Of a stretch of DNA of 64,000 bases, positions 45,901-58,442 are shown piece after piece; the stretch's first letter is position 1, and every line of letters starts with the position of its first letter. The position numbers were made by a program, and so were the translations under genes. Source of the DNA: Klebsormidium nitens (Eukaryota > Plantae > Klebsormidiophyceae); assembly GCA_000708835.1 (NCBI GenBank), contig DF237261.1:1-64000 (forward strand), read 5' to 3'. The notes beneath the pieces are model-generated. The model saw only the letters and a program-made list of their open reading frames with translations, made no database searches and was not told the origin of the DNA.

Positions 45901-48900
45901 TTTGCGGGAAGGGACCTTTTACGAGGCCATTGCAGTAGTCAACCCGAATGTGGAGACAATCGGAGCGTTAGGAAGAAAGGATACTCAGTTGATAAGCTCC
46001 TGCGCGAACATTCTTGCGGGTAGAGATGCAGGTCTGCAATTCCGAGCTTCATCTGTCGCATTGCTCGCACCAGGACCCACTATCCGCCAACTCGAAGCCT
46101 CTCACAGCCAATGTGGACTTCTGAAATAGGATTGGGCGTAGAAGTGCAGCTTACGTTTCGGTCTATGCCGGCGGCTCAGTTGAAGAAAAGAGAAGGCAAT
46201 TCACGAAACCCGTAGAGCTTCTGGCGCATGACATGAAGATCTAGCAACCGCACGAACCGGAAGAGTGTCCCACCTGCCAGAGGGCCTGCGAGGGCAGGTT
46301 CCTCATGTCGAGTGCCGTCTCGATTGCCACCGTCACTAGGTTGGCCAGCAGGATCGACGTCATCACGTACCGGTCGAAGCGGGGGTCCTTCACAAAGTCT
46401 CGCACCGCGGTGAATGCGCGGCTGTTGAAGATGCCGGGCGCCACGATCTAGAGGAAAGACGAACGAAGCGAGTCAGAGTGCGCGAACTGTCACCCCTCGT
46501 AAAAACGAAGCGGGTCAGAATGCGCGAACTGTTCCCCTCGTAAAACTAAAGCGGGTCAGAATGTGCGAACTGTTACCCTCTGAAAGTTTCCACCAACATC
46601 GTGCAACTGAGACCGGGACGTTCGAAAGAACGACGATGAACAAGTCCCGTTCAATCCAGGAGGATGCGAGTTGGCGCAGTCCATACTGTCAGTCAAAGCG
46701 GGTGCTACCAATGAGAGAACGAGGAGAACTACGTCTCAGTGTGCATGGCTTTCAACGCATACTCTACGTTTGGCTTCTCAGGCAATGATTTTCTTGCGGT
46801 TCGGAGCGAGACCCTGGGAAAAATGGCAAAGCGTTCACAAGGCCATGTGCTTGGGCGGTCTGGGGCTCGCCTCAGAAGCAAATCCCGCTAGGTTGCAAAT
46901 AAACCAAGAACAAAAGAAATCTGGTGACCTGAATGCTTCGCATATATCTGATCCGGAATGTAAGCATCTGAAACCGAAGCGCCTTCCATGGGAGAAACTC
47001 GTATATTCTCGACACCAACCGGGCGAGCAAAGCAGAGGCAACACTACAAAGGCAAAGGCGATCAAAGGTCGACATCAAGGTCAAGAATGACCTTAAAGAA
47101 AATTATTTCACATTGTTTTGGCCTCGTGAAACACTTTCAAATCGTTCTGATTGGAAATGTTGCATTCTACACCTTAAAATCAATCTTAAAGCGGCGTATC
47201 ATGTTTCGTGCAAGGTACGCACCTTCAGAAAGGGCGGCTCGTCGAGCTTGATGAACTTGGTCCCGATTGCGTCGCACAGGTCCGAAAACTCGTCCTCCTG
47301 GATTTTGTAATCGCCGGAGTCGTCTAATGCCAGGAAGATATGGCGCATGTCGTCCTTCTCGATGTGAGGCACTGCCCGGTACAAGTTGAGGGCGTGCATC
47401 AGCCCGGTCAGCTGGTCGCTGCAACCGGGAAACGCGGGAAGTTTTGGCCCTTAACCCATGGGTGGTTATGGGCTGGCTATGGGCTGGTTCGAAAGTGGTT
47501 GACCGTCCAACAACCAGAATGGGCGGTAACCAGCTCTTGAACGAGGTTAGAGCCCGGTTAGTGGTCCAATAACCCGAGACTAAGTCTGCTAATCAGCCTG
47601 GTTAGCAGCCAACATTCCTATGAAACGCAGTCGGATCCTTTGCTGCTGAAAACCTTGATATCGGTCTTCAGAAAGCGGGCTAGCTGTGCTGACCTGTCGA
47701 TGTAGCCCCGGTTGTCTCCGTCGACGAACGCAAAGGCGCGGGACAGCACACGTCGCTTGTTCGCTTCCTTGGCTTTGCGAGCTTGGCCCAACTGTTTCTG
47801 GAAGCTGGCAAAGAACACGGCCAGAGGCTCTCAGAACGATGCCCCGCAATTGACCTCTTGAGTTTCTGTGTTGATTGTAACAATCTTGAATGACTGTTGT
47901 GCTCTGTAGGAATTTCAGATCTACGTCCTCAAAGGTCTAGCCAGGTCTTGAGCGTCATTGATCACGTCATGGAAGGCTTACCCTTTGCTTTGCTAGGCCA
48001 GAGGAACCGATTCAAAGCCACACAGACGAAGAAGGTTGAGATTCTTATGAACGGGCTCACACGCCCTTTTTCTAGGTAGAACCGGTCTTCTCTAGTTCTT
48101 CAAGCTGCCTTAGCCTAACCGTATGCAGAGAAGCAGCTTCCAACGAAGATTCGTCACGGAAATTCGATATTCCCTTCCTAAATCGAAGAAAGTTCTCTCA
48201 GCTACCCTCAAGCGACTTGGACCGAGACCTGCAAGCAGCCAGCATTCATAGAAGCAAACCGGAATCTGCAAAGAAGGCAGCAATGACAGGGACTCAACCG
48301 AAGAAGCTCACCTGTCGAAGATGACAGCAAGAACGAGGTTCGTCAGGAAGTATAGGCCCAGCAGGAGGTAGACGACGAAGAAGATACTGCAAACGAGAGT
48401 GCCAGCTCGACTTTAGTTTGAATCAAAGCTGATGGTGAGAAAGATTGGAGGGCTGTGTTCTGAAGTTTGATTTGGTTTGATGGTTATGCTTATGCATGAT
48501 AGGGTGTTCCAATATAACTGTCCCCAATCGGCGACGGTTGGTGCATATTGACAAGACCGTTTGAGACGAGGAGCTTCAATGATCAAGCGCTAGCTCCTTA
48601 AGAGATCTATGCCAGACCTGGGCAATCTGTTGTTCCTGCAAGCCGCCACTAAAAAGCAGATGGTAATCCTGACTGCGGTTTTTGACCAGAGTCCAACTTT
48701 ACCCACCGGCTCTTCTTCAAAAGGTCATGATTTGCCATGCACACATTCCACCACAAGCGCTGAGAGACAAGGATTTGTCGGCATGGTGTAAACACAACAC
48801 TTTTATTCTACTACACTAGATACTCTGAAACTCCATGAACCTACTTACACAATTATCAAAGGTACAAACTACTACATTAGAATTGGATAGGCTTTGATTT

Positions 48901-50237
48901 TGGACCTTCGACGAGGAAAGACTAAACCCCAAGAATACGCACATTTGCTTCGAAGCCCGGAGAACGCTTACCTGTATGCACGGTGCTCCTCGTAAGCTTT
49001 TTGCCAGACATCTGGATTGTTGGAGCCCGTAAAAAGGATGACCATCTTCAGGGAGGTGATACTAAAAGTGGTGAACTCTTCCTTCCCCTGCAGCAGAATA
49101 TGGACCAGCTCTGAAAAGATATATAGATATGCGCGGCTGCTCTGTCCCTTCTCATTTTGTTCCCAAAACTGACAAGATTCTCCAACGAAAGGAAACTCAC
49201 ATTACACCAGATGCACATGCCAGATGGACTCGGTTTTGCAGAGCCTCGCAAAGGCTGACAGAAAGGCGTTCTGCATTGTCTGTGCGTCTGAACACTGGGC
49301 TTTGGGCTTGACTGCAATCATCCTGTTTCTACGCCAGCTTTTGAAAGTCAGCTCAGAATACAACCCAGATCTGGTAATGTTGATGCACCTTTTGACACTC
49401 TTTGAAGACGCAAGTACTCTGAAAATCGACAGTGAGACAAGACAAGATGAAATGAGTTCTCACCTGGAGGGTATCCTCGAACAACACGTACGCCAGCCAC
49501 GAGGAGAATGCCACGTAGACGAAGCCCAGGATAAAGATGTCCATGAAGTTGGGTACTATAGTTACGACCGTCCACAGATTGTCCCGCACCTCTTTCACAG
49601 AGACAAGGAAGATTAACACGCGCAAATACGGCGCGAGCCGCACTGACTCCAGTTCCACAACCGGAAAGTCCGTCCACACAAAGAGCATCTGGCGCACGAT
49701 GTCCAGACCCAGGAGGAGTAAGAGCCCTGTGCTGATTGCATCCTTAGGGCTCTCTTTATACAGCTTGGGCCCAGCATAGAGGAGTGGAAAGAGGACGTGT
49801 GCGGCAAGGAGCACGAAAAGGACGAGCTCAACTATAAGGAAGACGGTGGGGGGCAGGTATGGCACGTCACCCAGCCAATACTCTTTAGGGTCCCCGCAGG
49901 AGTGCTCGTGCCTGGTGAGACACCAAGAGGGTATCTCTACAAAGTTGAGCAACAGCAGGGCCGCGTACGTTGCGAGCCATAAGGGCCCAGCAGCATTGTA
50001 AAAGAGATAGTAGTCTGCCTTCTCAGAAAAGTGGGGGCTATCCAGAAACGATTCGGGCAGCCCTTCACCGTCATAGGCTATGTCCACCAGAGCCGCCGCC
50101 TGCTGCACTTTGGACCCTGTTTTGAATGCCTTTCCTCTCCGATCTATCGAGAGGGCATTGGGAGAGGATTCACGGCCAGCACTTTGATTATTGCCGCCAG
50201 GCGAGTTGCGGTGGCTGTCAATGAGCGGACGCTCCAT
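42918..50237 (-). CDS. TPC1: Two-pore channel (plant TPC1 family) with EF-hands and an atypical filter
   Basis: Exons ~50237-49464 ([13 protein letters not shown]..., LFEDTLQ), ~49089-48973 ([11 protein letters not shown]), ~48390-48312, ~47806-47692 (EF1 DGDNRGYID), ~47418-47222 (EF2 [12 protein letters not shown]), ~46447-46274, ~45562-45378, ~44597-44438 ([18 protein letters not shown]), ~43742-43592 ([22 protein letters not shown]), ~43241-42918. Confidence 0.95.
46462..46581 (+). repeat. About 3 copies of a ~42-bp tandem repeat next to a TPC acceptor
   Basis: AAGCG(A/G)GTCAGA(G/A)TG(C/T)GCGAACTGT..CCCTC three times. Confidence 0.9.
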
Positions 50238-50884
50238 CGCTGCTCAATTGCAGCTCAAAGACGTCGCCGGCCGCCCCGCAAGTTGATTTGCACGCCACCA
50301 CTCCTGAATCATGAGCGATCTGCAGGGAGAGGTTTTTAATGTGTGGCTTCCTTTCCAGTAGCCTTGTACCCTTGCAGTGCACTGCAAAGCCTTGATCTGC
50401 TCCACATTCACGAACTCGTCAATTTGTCAATGTGGGTTCTGAGTTTCATAGAAGATCTACGCTTTTGCCGCTTTGCCTCAGCCTCATGGGCGCTTGTAGG
50501 ATTAGCATGGCAGCGCATGGCGACATCTTCAAATTCTACAAGTGGTCAGATTCGCGGTGCAGGAGGGCCAGCTCGTGCTTCACAAGACCGGGACCCTCTA
50601 GTATATGACTTTGCGCAGCCGCCTACACCCCGTTACAGGCTCCGGGTCTTCAGTGCTAGTGTCAGAGTACCGGTTTACGTGGGGTTAGTTAGCGGGTCCG
50701 GTAACGCGTTCTACTACAGTTCTTGAGGGGGGTAGTCGAAGCTAGTGTGGGTTAGAGGTAGTATGAGATGTTTCGATTCTTAATGATTGCTTGCATGCAG
50801 GACTATTGTGACCATGTCACAACCCATGTAACACTTGCGTTCGCTTTGCGAACCATTGTAATCGAGGTCGTATGTGAAAGGAAA

Positions 50885-50923
50885 AAGGTGCAGTGGCTCA
50901 AAACAAAGGTGCAGTGGCTCAAT
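50885..50923 (+). repeat. Short tandem duplication upstream of TPC
   Basis: AAAGGTGCAGTGGCTCAA occurs twice. Confidence 0.8.
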
Positions 50924-52235
50924 CTGGCATGCACACTGTTATCACCTCGGCTCGACTAGCGTTACCGGCTTCCAAATGGCACAATTGGGGCTGTTCACCC
51001 AGGATCGACGGTTGGGATCCACCTGATAAATGTGGGGATCCCCCTCACGAGATGCAGGCCCCGATTTGGAGGGCCGTCAACGGTCAGAGACCTCTGCGCC
51101 ATTATATGTGCGAGTGGTCGCACCAATGTGGAGCACTTCGGCACCGTCACTGCCAGGCGCCTTTCTGCATCAGAATAGCCGGCCACTGCCTTTGCCATCA
51201 TGGCTTCCGTCATTTATAGAGACCAGCCCGCGGCCACTCCCCTCAGCAAAATCTAGCTTGCAATGTATCATAAGCCAGGCTTCACGTAATCCTGTGCCCA
51301 GCTGCTAGTTCCGAGCTAGCTTGCACACTGTCGGACATGTGCCGCCAATGATGATGCATGATAAACATAGTTGGACCGAGGGCCCCATGCATGCATGATA
51401 TGCATCTTGTGCCTGCATCATCCAGCAGCAATTAAGTTGAATAACCATGCGGTATAGTTTATAACGATGTTGTAACATGACGGCCTACTAATTAATTCGT
51501 CTTCATGCCTAGCTAGCACTGTTCGGAGATCTCATGACCCGATTGCATGGGGCTCATGCATGCAATCCGGCCAAATACGCACGAGATCTTTCATACGCTG
51601 CAGCTGTCGCTACTAGTCAGATTGGCGCCAAAATCATTGAATCCACAACATGATGCACTTGCACACGGTCTGCAGCACTCGCTTGCGTCGTTAAGACGGT
51701 AGTGCAGCAGGCCTTGAGTAATCGAGTCTGCAACCAGACCGTTCCGACATGCTTCTTATATGACCATGTCACAATGTTGAATGTGCATTGATGAATTTTG
51801 GCACCACATTTTCTCTATTGGGCTTCCGGCTTCCGACTGGTTATTATTGTCCAAAATTCTTGATCAATATGAGGACACAATAAATGCACGAGGTTGGTCA
51901 ACTGAGGTGCACCCGGTTCAACTCGGCAATAAAGACCGTCATGAAAGATTGCAGGCATACGAACAGGTTCTTTGTAGACTTTACAACAAATCATCACTAC
52001 AAAATGGTCATCAGTGTCCCACTTTCACTAGACAATTACGTATACAGGGACTACGCGGTTGAGTCCGTTGTGAAAGGGTCTGTGAGAAACCAAGGCGATA
52101 ATATGGTCAACAACAATGAAATTCTCGTCGATGGCGGCGCTCAGAGCACCTAGCTTCCCCTCAAACAACTCGGGCAGTAATTATCAGATTGAATAAGAGC
52201 CCGCTTATGTGAGCGGTCCCTCGCAAACACGATGC

Positions 52236-55200
52236 TCATTTCTTGCCCGCTTTTTCGAAGAGCGCCCCTAAGAACTCCACGCAGGGCCGCGTCCACCAGA
52301 CCTATTTACAGGAAAAAGAAAATAGAAATTGAATTACAAGAAGAAGAACAACAACGATAATGACAAAAAAAATAATCACGATAGCATCCCAACGAAGGCC
52401 GAACCAAATTCACACGATTACCAGGTCTCAAATGGTGATCGCTTGAGCATCACTATGCCTTGTGCCTGCAACTGTGCTATCGCGAAAGGATCATTGCGAC
52501 TCACCTGGGTCGGCAGCCACCCCTCGTAGATAGCCAGGTGACCACCCCGGGCGGCAGTCGCCAAAACGACGTTCGGGTTAAGGCGGATTTCGTCCCGGGG
52601 AATGGCCTCTTGAGTGCAGATTGGGTCGTCCAGAGCACTGACGGCCAGAAGGGGCACCCGGATGGACGTCACGACGGGGGCGCAACTAGACTGGCGGTAG
52701 TACGAGTCGACCGTCTGCAGGAGGGGAAGGGTTTTTGAGGAGAGGACTTTGGAAGTGGTTCGTCGCTGACAGCTAAGTGCGCAGCATCAGTGCGGGGCAG
52801 TGCTGCGGACATGTAAACTTACGCCCAAACCAAACCATACAGTTCCGAAATGCAGAAAGTAAGTCAAGCACTCCTGCCTTCTGATCGAGAAGGAATGTCT
52901 TCGTCGACGCTCCAGAATTGAAGGCTGGTTTTGGCGGCTGGATCGCCTTCTGACATTGTCAAGTCAAGGCCGCGTACCCTCAAACAGCCAGAGTGCGTCA
53001 TGCATCTGTGCACAAGCATGAGCTGCTACGGTAACAGACTAGGGCCACGAATATCTCAGGCACACTCTTGCAGAGTTGCGGAAAAGAACGAGACGCTGAA
53101 AGCAATAAGTCGGCCGCAATAAGTCGCTGGGTGAGAGAGACTGAACAAATAAGTCTCTTTTTGGCGCTCAGATGCCCTACATGCTCGTGATGGATTGAAA
53201 AGGAAGGGAACGATTGAAAAGGGATCCAATCCGCAAGCAGCACAGTCCGCTTCCTGGGCAATGGACAAAGTAGAACCGATACAAGCGGATGACCGGGAAA
53301 CGAACACCGCTTGTCTCAACGCACGGTGGACTTGTCCAGAAACGACACCGTATTCCCACAAAGCGCCGTCACGACGATTTCATAGTGACATGGGTCGGAC
53401 TTTCATTCCAAGATTGCTCCTGCTTTGGTTAGGGAATTTGTCCTATTCGGCTTGTCTCACAGCGCCGGACAAATTACACCTCAACCCTTGAATTGTCTGA
53501 CCGCTGAGCAACTCGAGATCAAATGCAGAACCCAAGAAATCTAGGATGTACGCTCTGCAAAACTTTATCAAATCCCGCCATGTAACCCAAGAAAACAGAT
53601 GCAAGTGACGCCTCACCTTGTACTTGGCAATAATCCGCACGCACCCAGCCCTCCGTCAATTTATCACAAGACCTCAACCAACGCCTAACCTTGCATTTAG
53701 CAATAACCCGCAAGCTCCCTAACCCCTTCTTAACCGACAATCTAACCACAGCCTCACCTCGTATTTGGCGATTACCCGCACGACCCGGTCGTCAAACTCG
53801 TGCACGGTGCGGCTCGCCATAACATGCGCGCGATCCGCCACCTTCGCGAACGCTTCCCGGTTCTTCTCCGCGTACTCTTTCATCCCGTCCGCCATGAGCT
53901 TGCACCAGATCTTCTGGATCAATTTCCGGTTGCAGAACCGGTCCACGATCAGCATATCGTATGGGCTGCCGCATGTAAATCCGCCCACGACGGGCGTCTT
54001 ATCGCCCTCTTCACCCAGATAGCGTATGGTCATGTTGGCCCCGAGACTGCAGCCGACAACCGCAAGGTGCGCGGCCGGTATGCGTTTCTGGAGCAGCGCG
54101 ACCACTTCGCGGATGTCGGTGGTCCAGCCGGCGTGGTGGGTTGCGTCAGACTGTGAAGAGAAGGGCAATTCTTTTTAGTAGAGAAACTCGGCCTTTGGTA
54201 AGCAGAATTCCTTGATTTAGGATTCTCAAGCGGCGTTCCTAGAGCGGCGAGGCAAGGGCACGGTGCTTCGAATCTCAGCTTATTATGGGTTGCGTCAGAC
54301 TGCGAAGCGAAGGGCAGGTTGTTGTTAGAAGAGAGGTCGGCGATATCATGATGCAGACTCCTTGATTCACGATTCTCAGATGGCGTTCCTAGGTCGGGAG
54401 AAAAAGGGCACATTAATCTGAATATCAAGTACTCCAGGTTGCGTCAAACTGCTATGAGCAAGGGCAAGTTGGCACGAGAAGAGGAAAGTCGGCACTTTCA
54501 ATCAAAGGATCCAACAAAGGAGCAGGCTTTTCGAGCGGCATCCCGTAGAGAAGGGCAAAGCGTTTTGGGGTCGTGTTTGGGTCGCGTCAGAGTGCAGGAA
54601 GAGAAACAAGTTGACCAAGTGCGACGTTGTCCGCTGCGTCGGGACTGCAGAAAGCTTACGCTGCCAAACCTCTCAACGAGCTCCTGATTGGTCGTGCATC
54701 GAGCTGAAAGAAATTCAATTAATATATTTGCACCCAGCAAAAGCTGCAAGCTACTTCATGCAAGATTGCAACCACTGATTAAGAGCTGCTTTGCCCCCAC
54801 ATTCTTTAAGTTTTGTATGTCCAAGTCGGGCAAGAAAATTGCATCAAAAGCAGATAGAGACAGGTTGGTCAGAAACGTACCGTAAAAGAGACGCCACCCA
54901 AGCCTCGGTGGTTAATCACGACTGCCCGCCAGCCTTGCTTCACAATGGCGGCGACCAAGTACTTGACGTATGCTGGCGTGGAATCGCTCGTAAGCCCCGG
55001 GGTGATGATGACGGTCGGCGTATCTGGCTTCTCAGCGCCAGCCCAGTCCAGACCCACCGAACCGCCATCTCGCTGAATGACAACTTCTCTGCACAATATA
55101 AGACAAGGAAAATGTCATGGAAACAACTTTCAGTGCGATGGCAGGTGCTCAATCAGTGCAGACAGATCTTTGGGGCCCGTCAAAGTGAGTCAGCTGTTTC

Positions 55201-56258
55201 AAGACAATGCGGAAGTTGGACCACACGATCATTTGTTTTATGAAACACGCAAAATCTTGCGTGCAAGGTGAACTGAAAGCGTCCTCCGTGCAAGAGGTTC
55301 TGTACGCCTTGTTCAAGTCAACATTGACGTTAATCCAGTTGCTCTCGAGTTGACAAATTGGAGGAGCGGAGTCAAAAAGCGGGGGAGAACGAGGGGTTTG
55401 GATACTGACCGTCTGTACGTAACCTTGGGTCCCTTCTCGAGAGCAAGGTAAACGACTTGCAGGTGGGGGCTGCAGAGGAGGGGTGTGGATCGAAACCTGC
55501 ACAGAGAAGAGCAAACTGTATACACTCCAAGCGCAGAGGTAGAAAACCGTAGGAGAAGCCATATACACAAGATCATGCTGACGTGGAGAAAGTCTGATTG
55601 CAAGTTCTTGAGGTACTGTTTCCTTACCAAGGTTCGGTTGTGGATTGTTTCTGGTGCAACCGGCTAAAAGGAAGTGAATGCTATCTCCAATGCATTCTGA
55701 AGTCAAAACATACTGTTAAAGTGAATACGAAAATCCAGCATAACCTGGGCTTCCCTTTCAAGACTGACTTCTGAATGGACTGTTTGGCGTTAAAGCAAAT
55801 GTGAGCGGTTGCGACTCCCAAGCCGTTCCCTTAGTAGCTCCAAACTATCCACGTGTTGGGCAAGGACGGCACTCGTGTTTCGATGATGACCAGCGCAACA
55901 CACGCCCCTACTTTGCAATGACACAGCTCCTTTGCACAAAGATGTGGAGCTTTGCGCTTGATGTTTCAGAAAAGATCGTAATTGGCATCATCTGTCGCTT
56001 TTTGTGATGTAAATGAAGCTCAAAACTAAAGGCCTACCTGCCACGGGTGAGCGACTTGCAGTGTTTTGCGGCCAGCTTAGTGATGGGCGAATCACGATCC
56101 CATTCCACCTCAACCTTGGATGTTCCCAGCAAAGCCTCTAGGAGATAGAAGTCCAGCGCCCAGTACAAAAAGGCGCCTATCCCCACCAAGACCGCCACTG
56201 CCACCCACACCCAGTCCGGCTGGTGCGAAAAGCCCCCTGGGCAGGTCTGTGAGTCCAT
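52236..56258 (-). CDS. Alpha/beta hydrolase, ABHD1/2/3 (YheT/EMB8-like) family, with an N-terminal TM anchor
   Basis: Exons 56258-56038 (TM WVWVAVAVLVGIGAFLYW), 55496-55410 (SPHLQ), 55088-54881 (DGGSVGLDW...PGLTSDS...NHRG), 54150-53758 (VGCSLGAN nucleophile...EFD), 52714-52505 (SALDDP...GGH), 52301-52236 (VWWTRPCVEFL...*). Confidence 0.93.
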
Positions 56259-58442
56259 CGCTTTGCTGGCCGCTGGCCGATGGGACAAGCGCCGATCGCT
56301 TCGTAGGTGAGTGCCTGATGCGGGAAGTATTCGTTCAAGAGATTGTGAGTAGGGGTACTGAGATACAGTGAAGGACATGGACCTTCCATCGTGTCTTCGT
56401 TTCACATTCTGTCGGTGGTTTGCTTTTGCATAAAAGAATGCTGGTCTTTGGCCTTTCATCTTTGGTACAGGTGATGAGGACTTTTGTCCCACATAAAGAT
56501 GTTAACATTCCCAGGCGGATTGAAACCCAATGATCTGGGTTCTCCCAGATGAGCTTACTGCAGAAGCTCTTCCACTGTCAACTAATACCAGCTTTTGCGC
56601 CTCCTGAATGTGCAGAGGGACGGAGCCAGCGGGCTGACATCAAGATCTGGCATGTCGCATACGAGTATGGTGACCTGATCAGTCTCGCCTGCAAAAGTGT
56701 GCATTTTGATATTGCAGATTTCCGTGACCTCTGATCCCGATCGTATTACGTGCTCTGAAAACATGCAGAACCAAAGCCGACAACAATGTGATTTTGCACC
56801 ACCAGCTATACATCTACCCAAGAGGATTCAAAACCCAATAAGGAGCAACTGCATTCACAACAGAGATCCACCTGATTATTTGATTTGGCGGCGAAACACA
56901 CAAGAAGAAGGTTTTCTTGCATGGCCCTTACTTGAATGCAAGCACAGCAAACTAATGGAATGCTTTGATTGAATTGCCCAAGCACAGCATTCGAGATTGT
57001 GAAGAATTAAAAGGTTGGACACAGCTTGTGAAAGACAGTCCGCACAAGCCACAGAAAGCTACCCAAGCTTACAGATCTGGGCGCATTCAACCACTGCTGA
57101 TTCGAGATCGCAGCATTCGAATGCTGCATTTAGCGTCTTACTGAAACCATCTATAAACGTTGGGGGTCAGATTGAGAAAAGCTGACTCCTGGGGTGGGTA
57201 TCCTCGAGGAGCCATACCTTGAAAAAGTTGCTGCGCTGGGCTTCTTCCAAGTCCACTCTTTTTATCGGATTTACGATGTTGCAGAATGCAGGCCTCAACA
57301 CTCACGGATCGATAGTCAGATGGTGCATGCCACTTGCTGTTTGAGCAACATGAATCAAAGCACTGATTCGTGGAAGTCAGATTGAACCCCTAAAGCAAGG
57401 ATGTAAAGCTAACTCTCTCATGTAGCAGACGCTTTGACCTGCACGCTTGCACAATCGCACTTTACAGTTGAGCTGCAATGCCGACTCAACGCCGTTTGCA
57501 GTCCCACTGCCCTGGCGCCCTTCTAACCTGCTTGGAAGGGGTTTCTGGCTGAATTCGACAGACGGTACCGAGCTAGGGACAGGGACTACAGGCCACCACC
57601 CTGACCATCCTGCAGCACCAGTTTGACTCGCTGGCACAGCTTTCTCTCCTCCGCTTTCAAGCACTCAGCGAGATGGTCTGTATCCTACAGTCTACTGCTC
57701 AGTGCAAGTGCAGCACTGTGAAGCCTGCCGTGTGCACATTGCAGGGCAGGCTTGGCAGGCTGCCGTTTACTAGACCGAGAATCTATAAGCTATGAATGGG
57801 CTAGCTAGACGATTCAATGATTGTTTCCTGGAGCGGCCCGGCGGCGAAAATACCGCCGCGCCGCAGTACGTACCTACTTGTAGCGGTGCCACCGTCCGCT
57901 ATTGAATGCCCGGGGCGCCCCGAGAAACCGGCCCCCGGAGTAAGCTTAAATCCAGGGTCATGAACACGTTATTCTTGAACCGGTCGACTAGGGCCGGTAC
58001 CTATCCTCCTAGGTAATTCCAGATCGCCACCAAGCGGTACTGTACTACCGCGGCGTTTAGGTCCGTATCCGTCTGCCGCCGGCGCCGAACTGACCAGAAC
58101 CGGGCGGTGCTCGGGCATCGTGGGCAAGTCACGGTATGAGTGCCCACTTGGCACTGCCTGACAGTCGCAGGATACGTTCATCGGTCTGGCATGCGTAGGA
58201 CGCCCAACTTGAAGTAGGCAGTGGCAAGAACTCGAGCTAGCACGTACGTCTCGGTCCAACATCGCCATAGGTATGCAGTGCGGGCAGAAGTGCACTGCAT
58301 GCATTGCAATTTAGCAGTTGCACAATGACAAGGATGCAAGGAGTGACACCGACGGAGAGCATTTGACCGAGATGCTAAATGATATTTACCCCGGATGCAT
58401 GTCGTATGGGCAATACTATCCAGACGACACCATCCGACGTCT

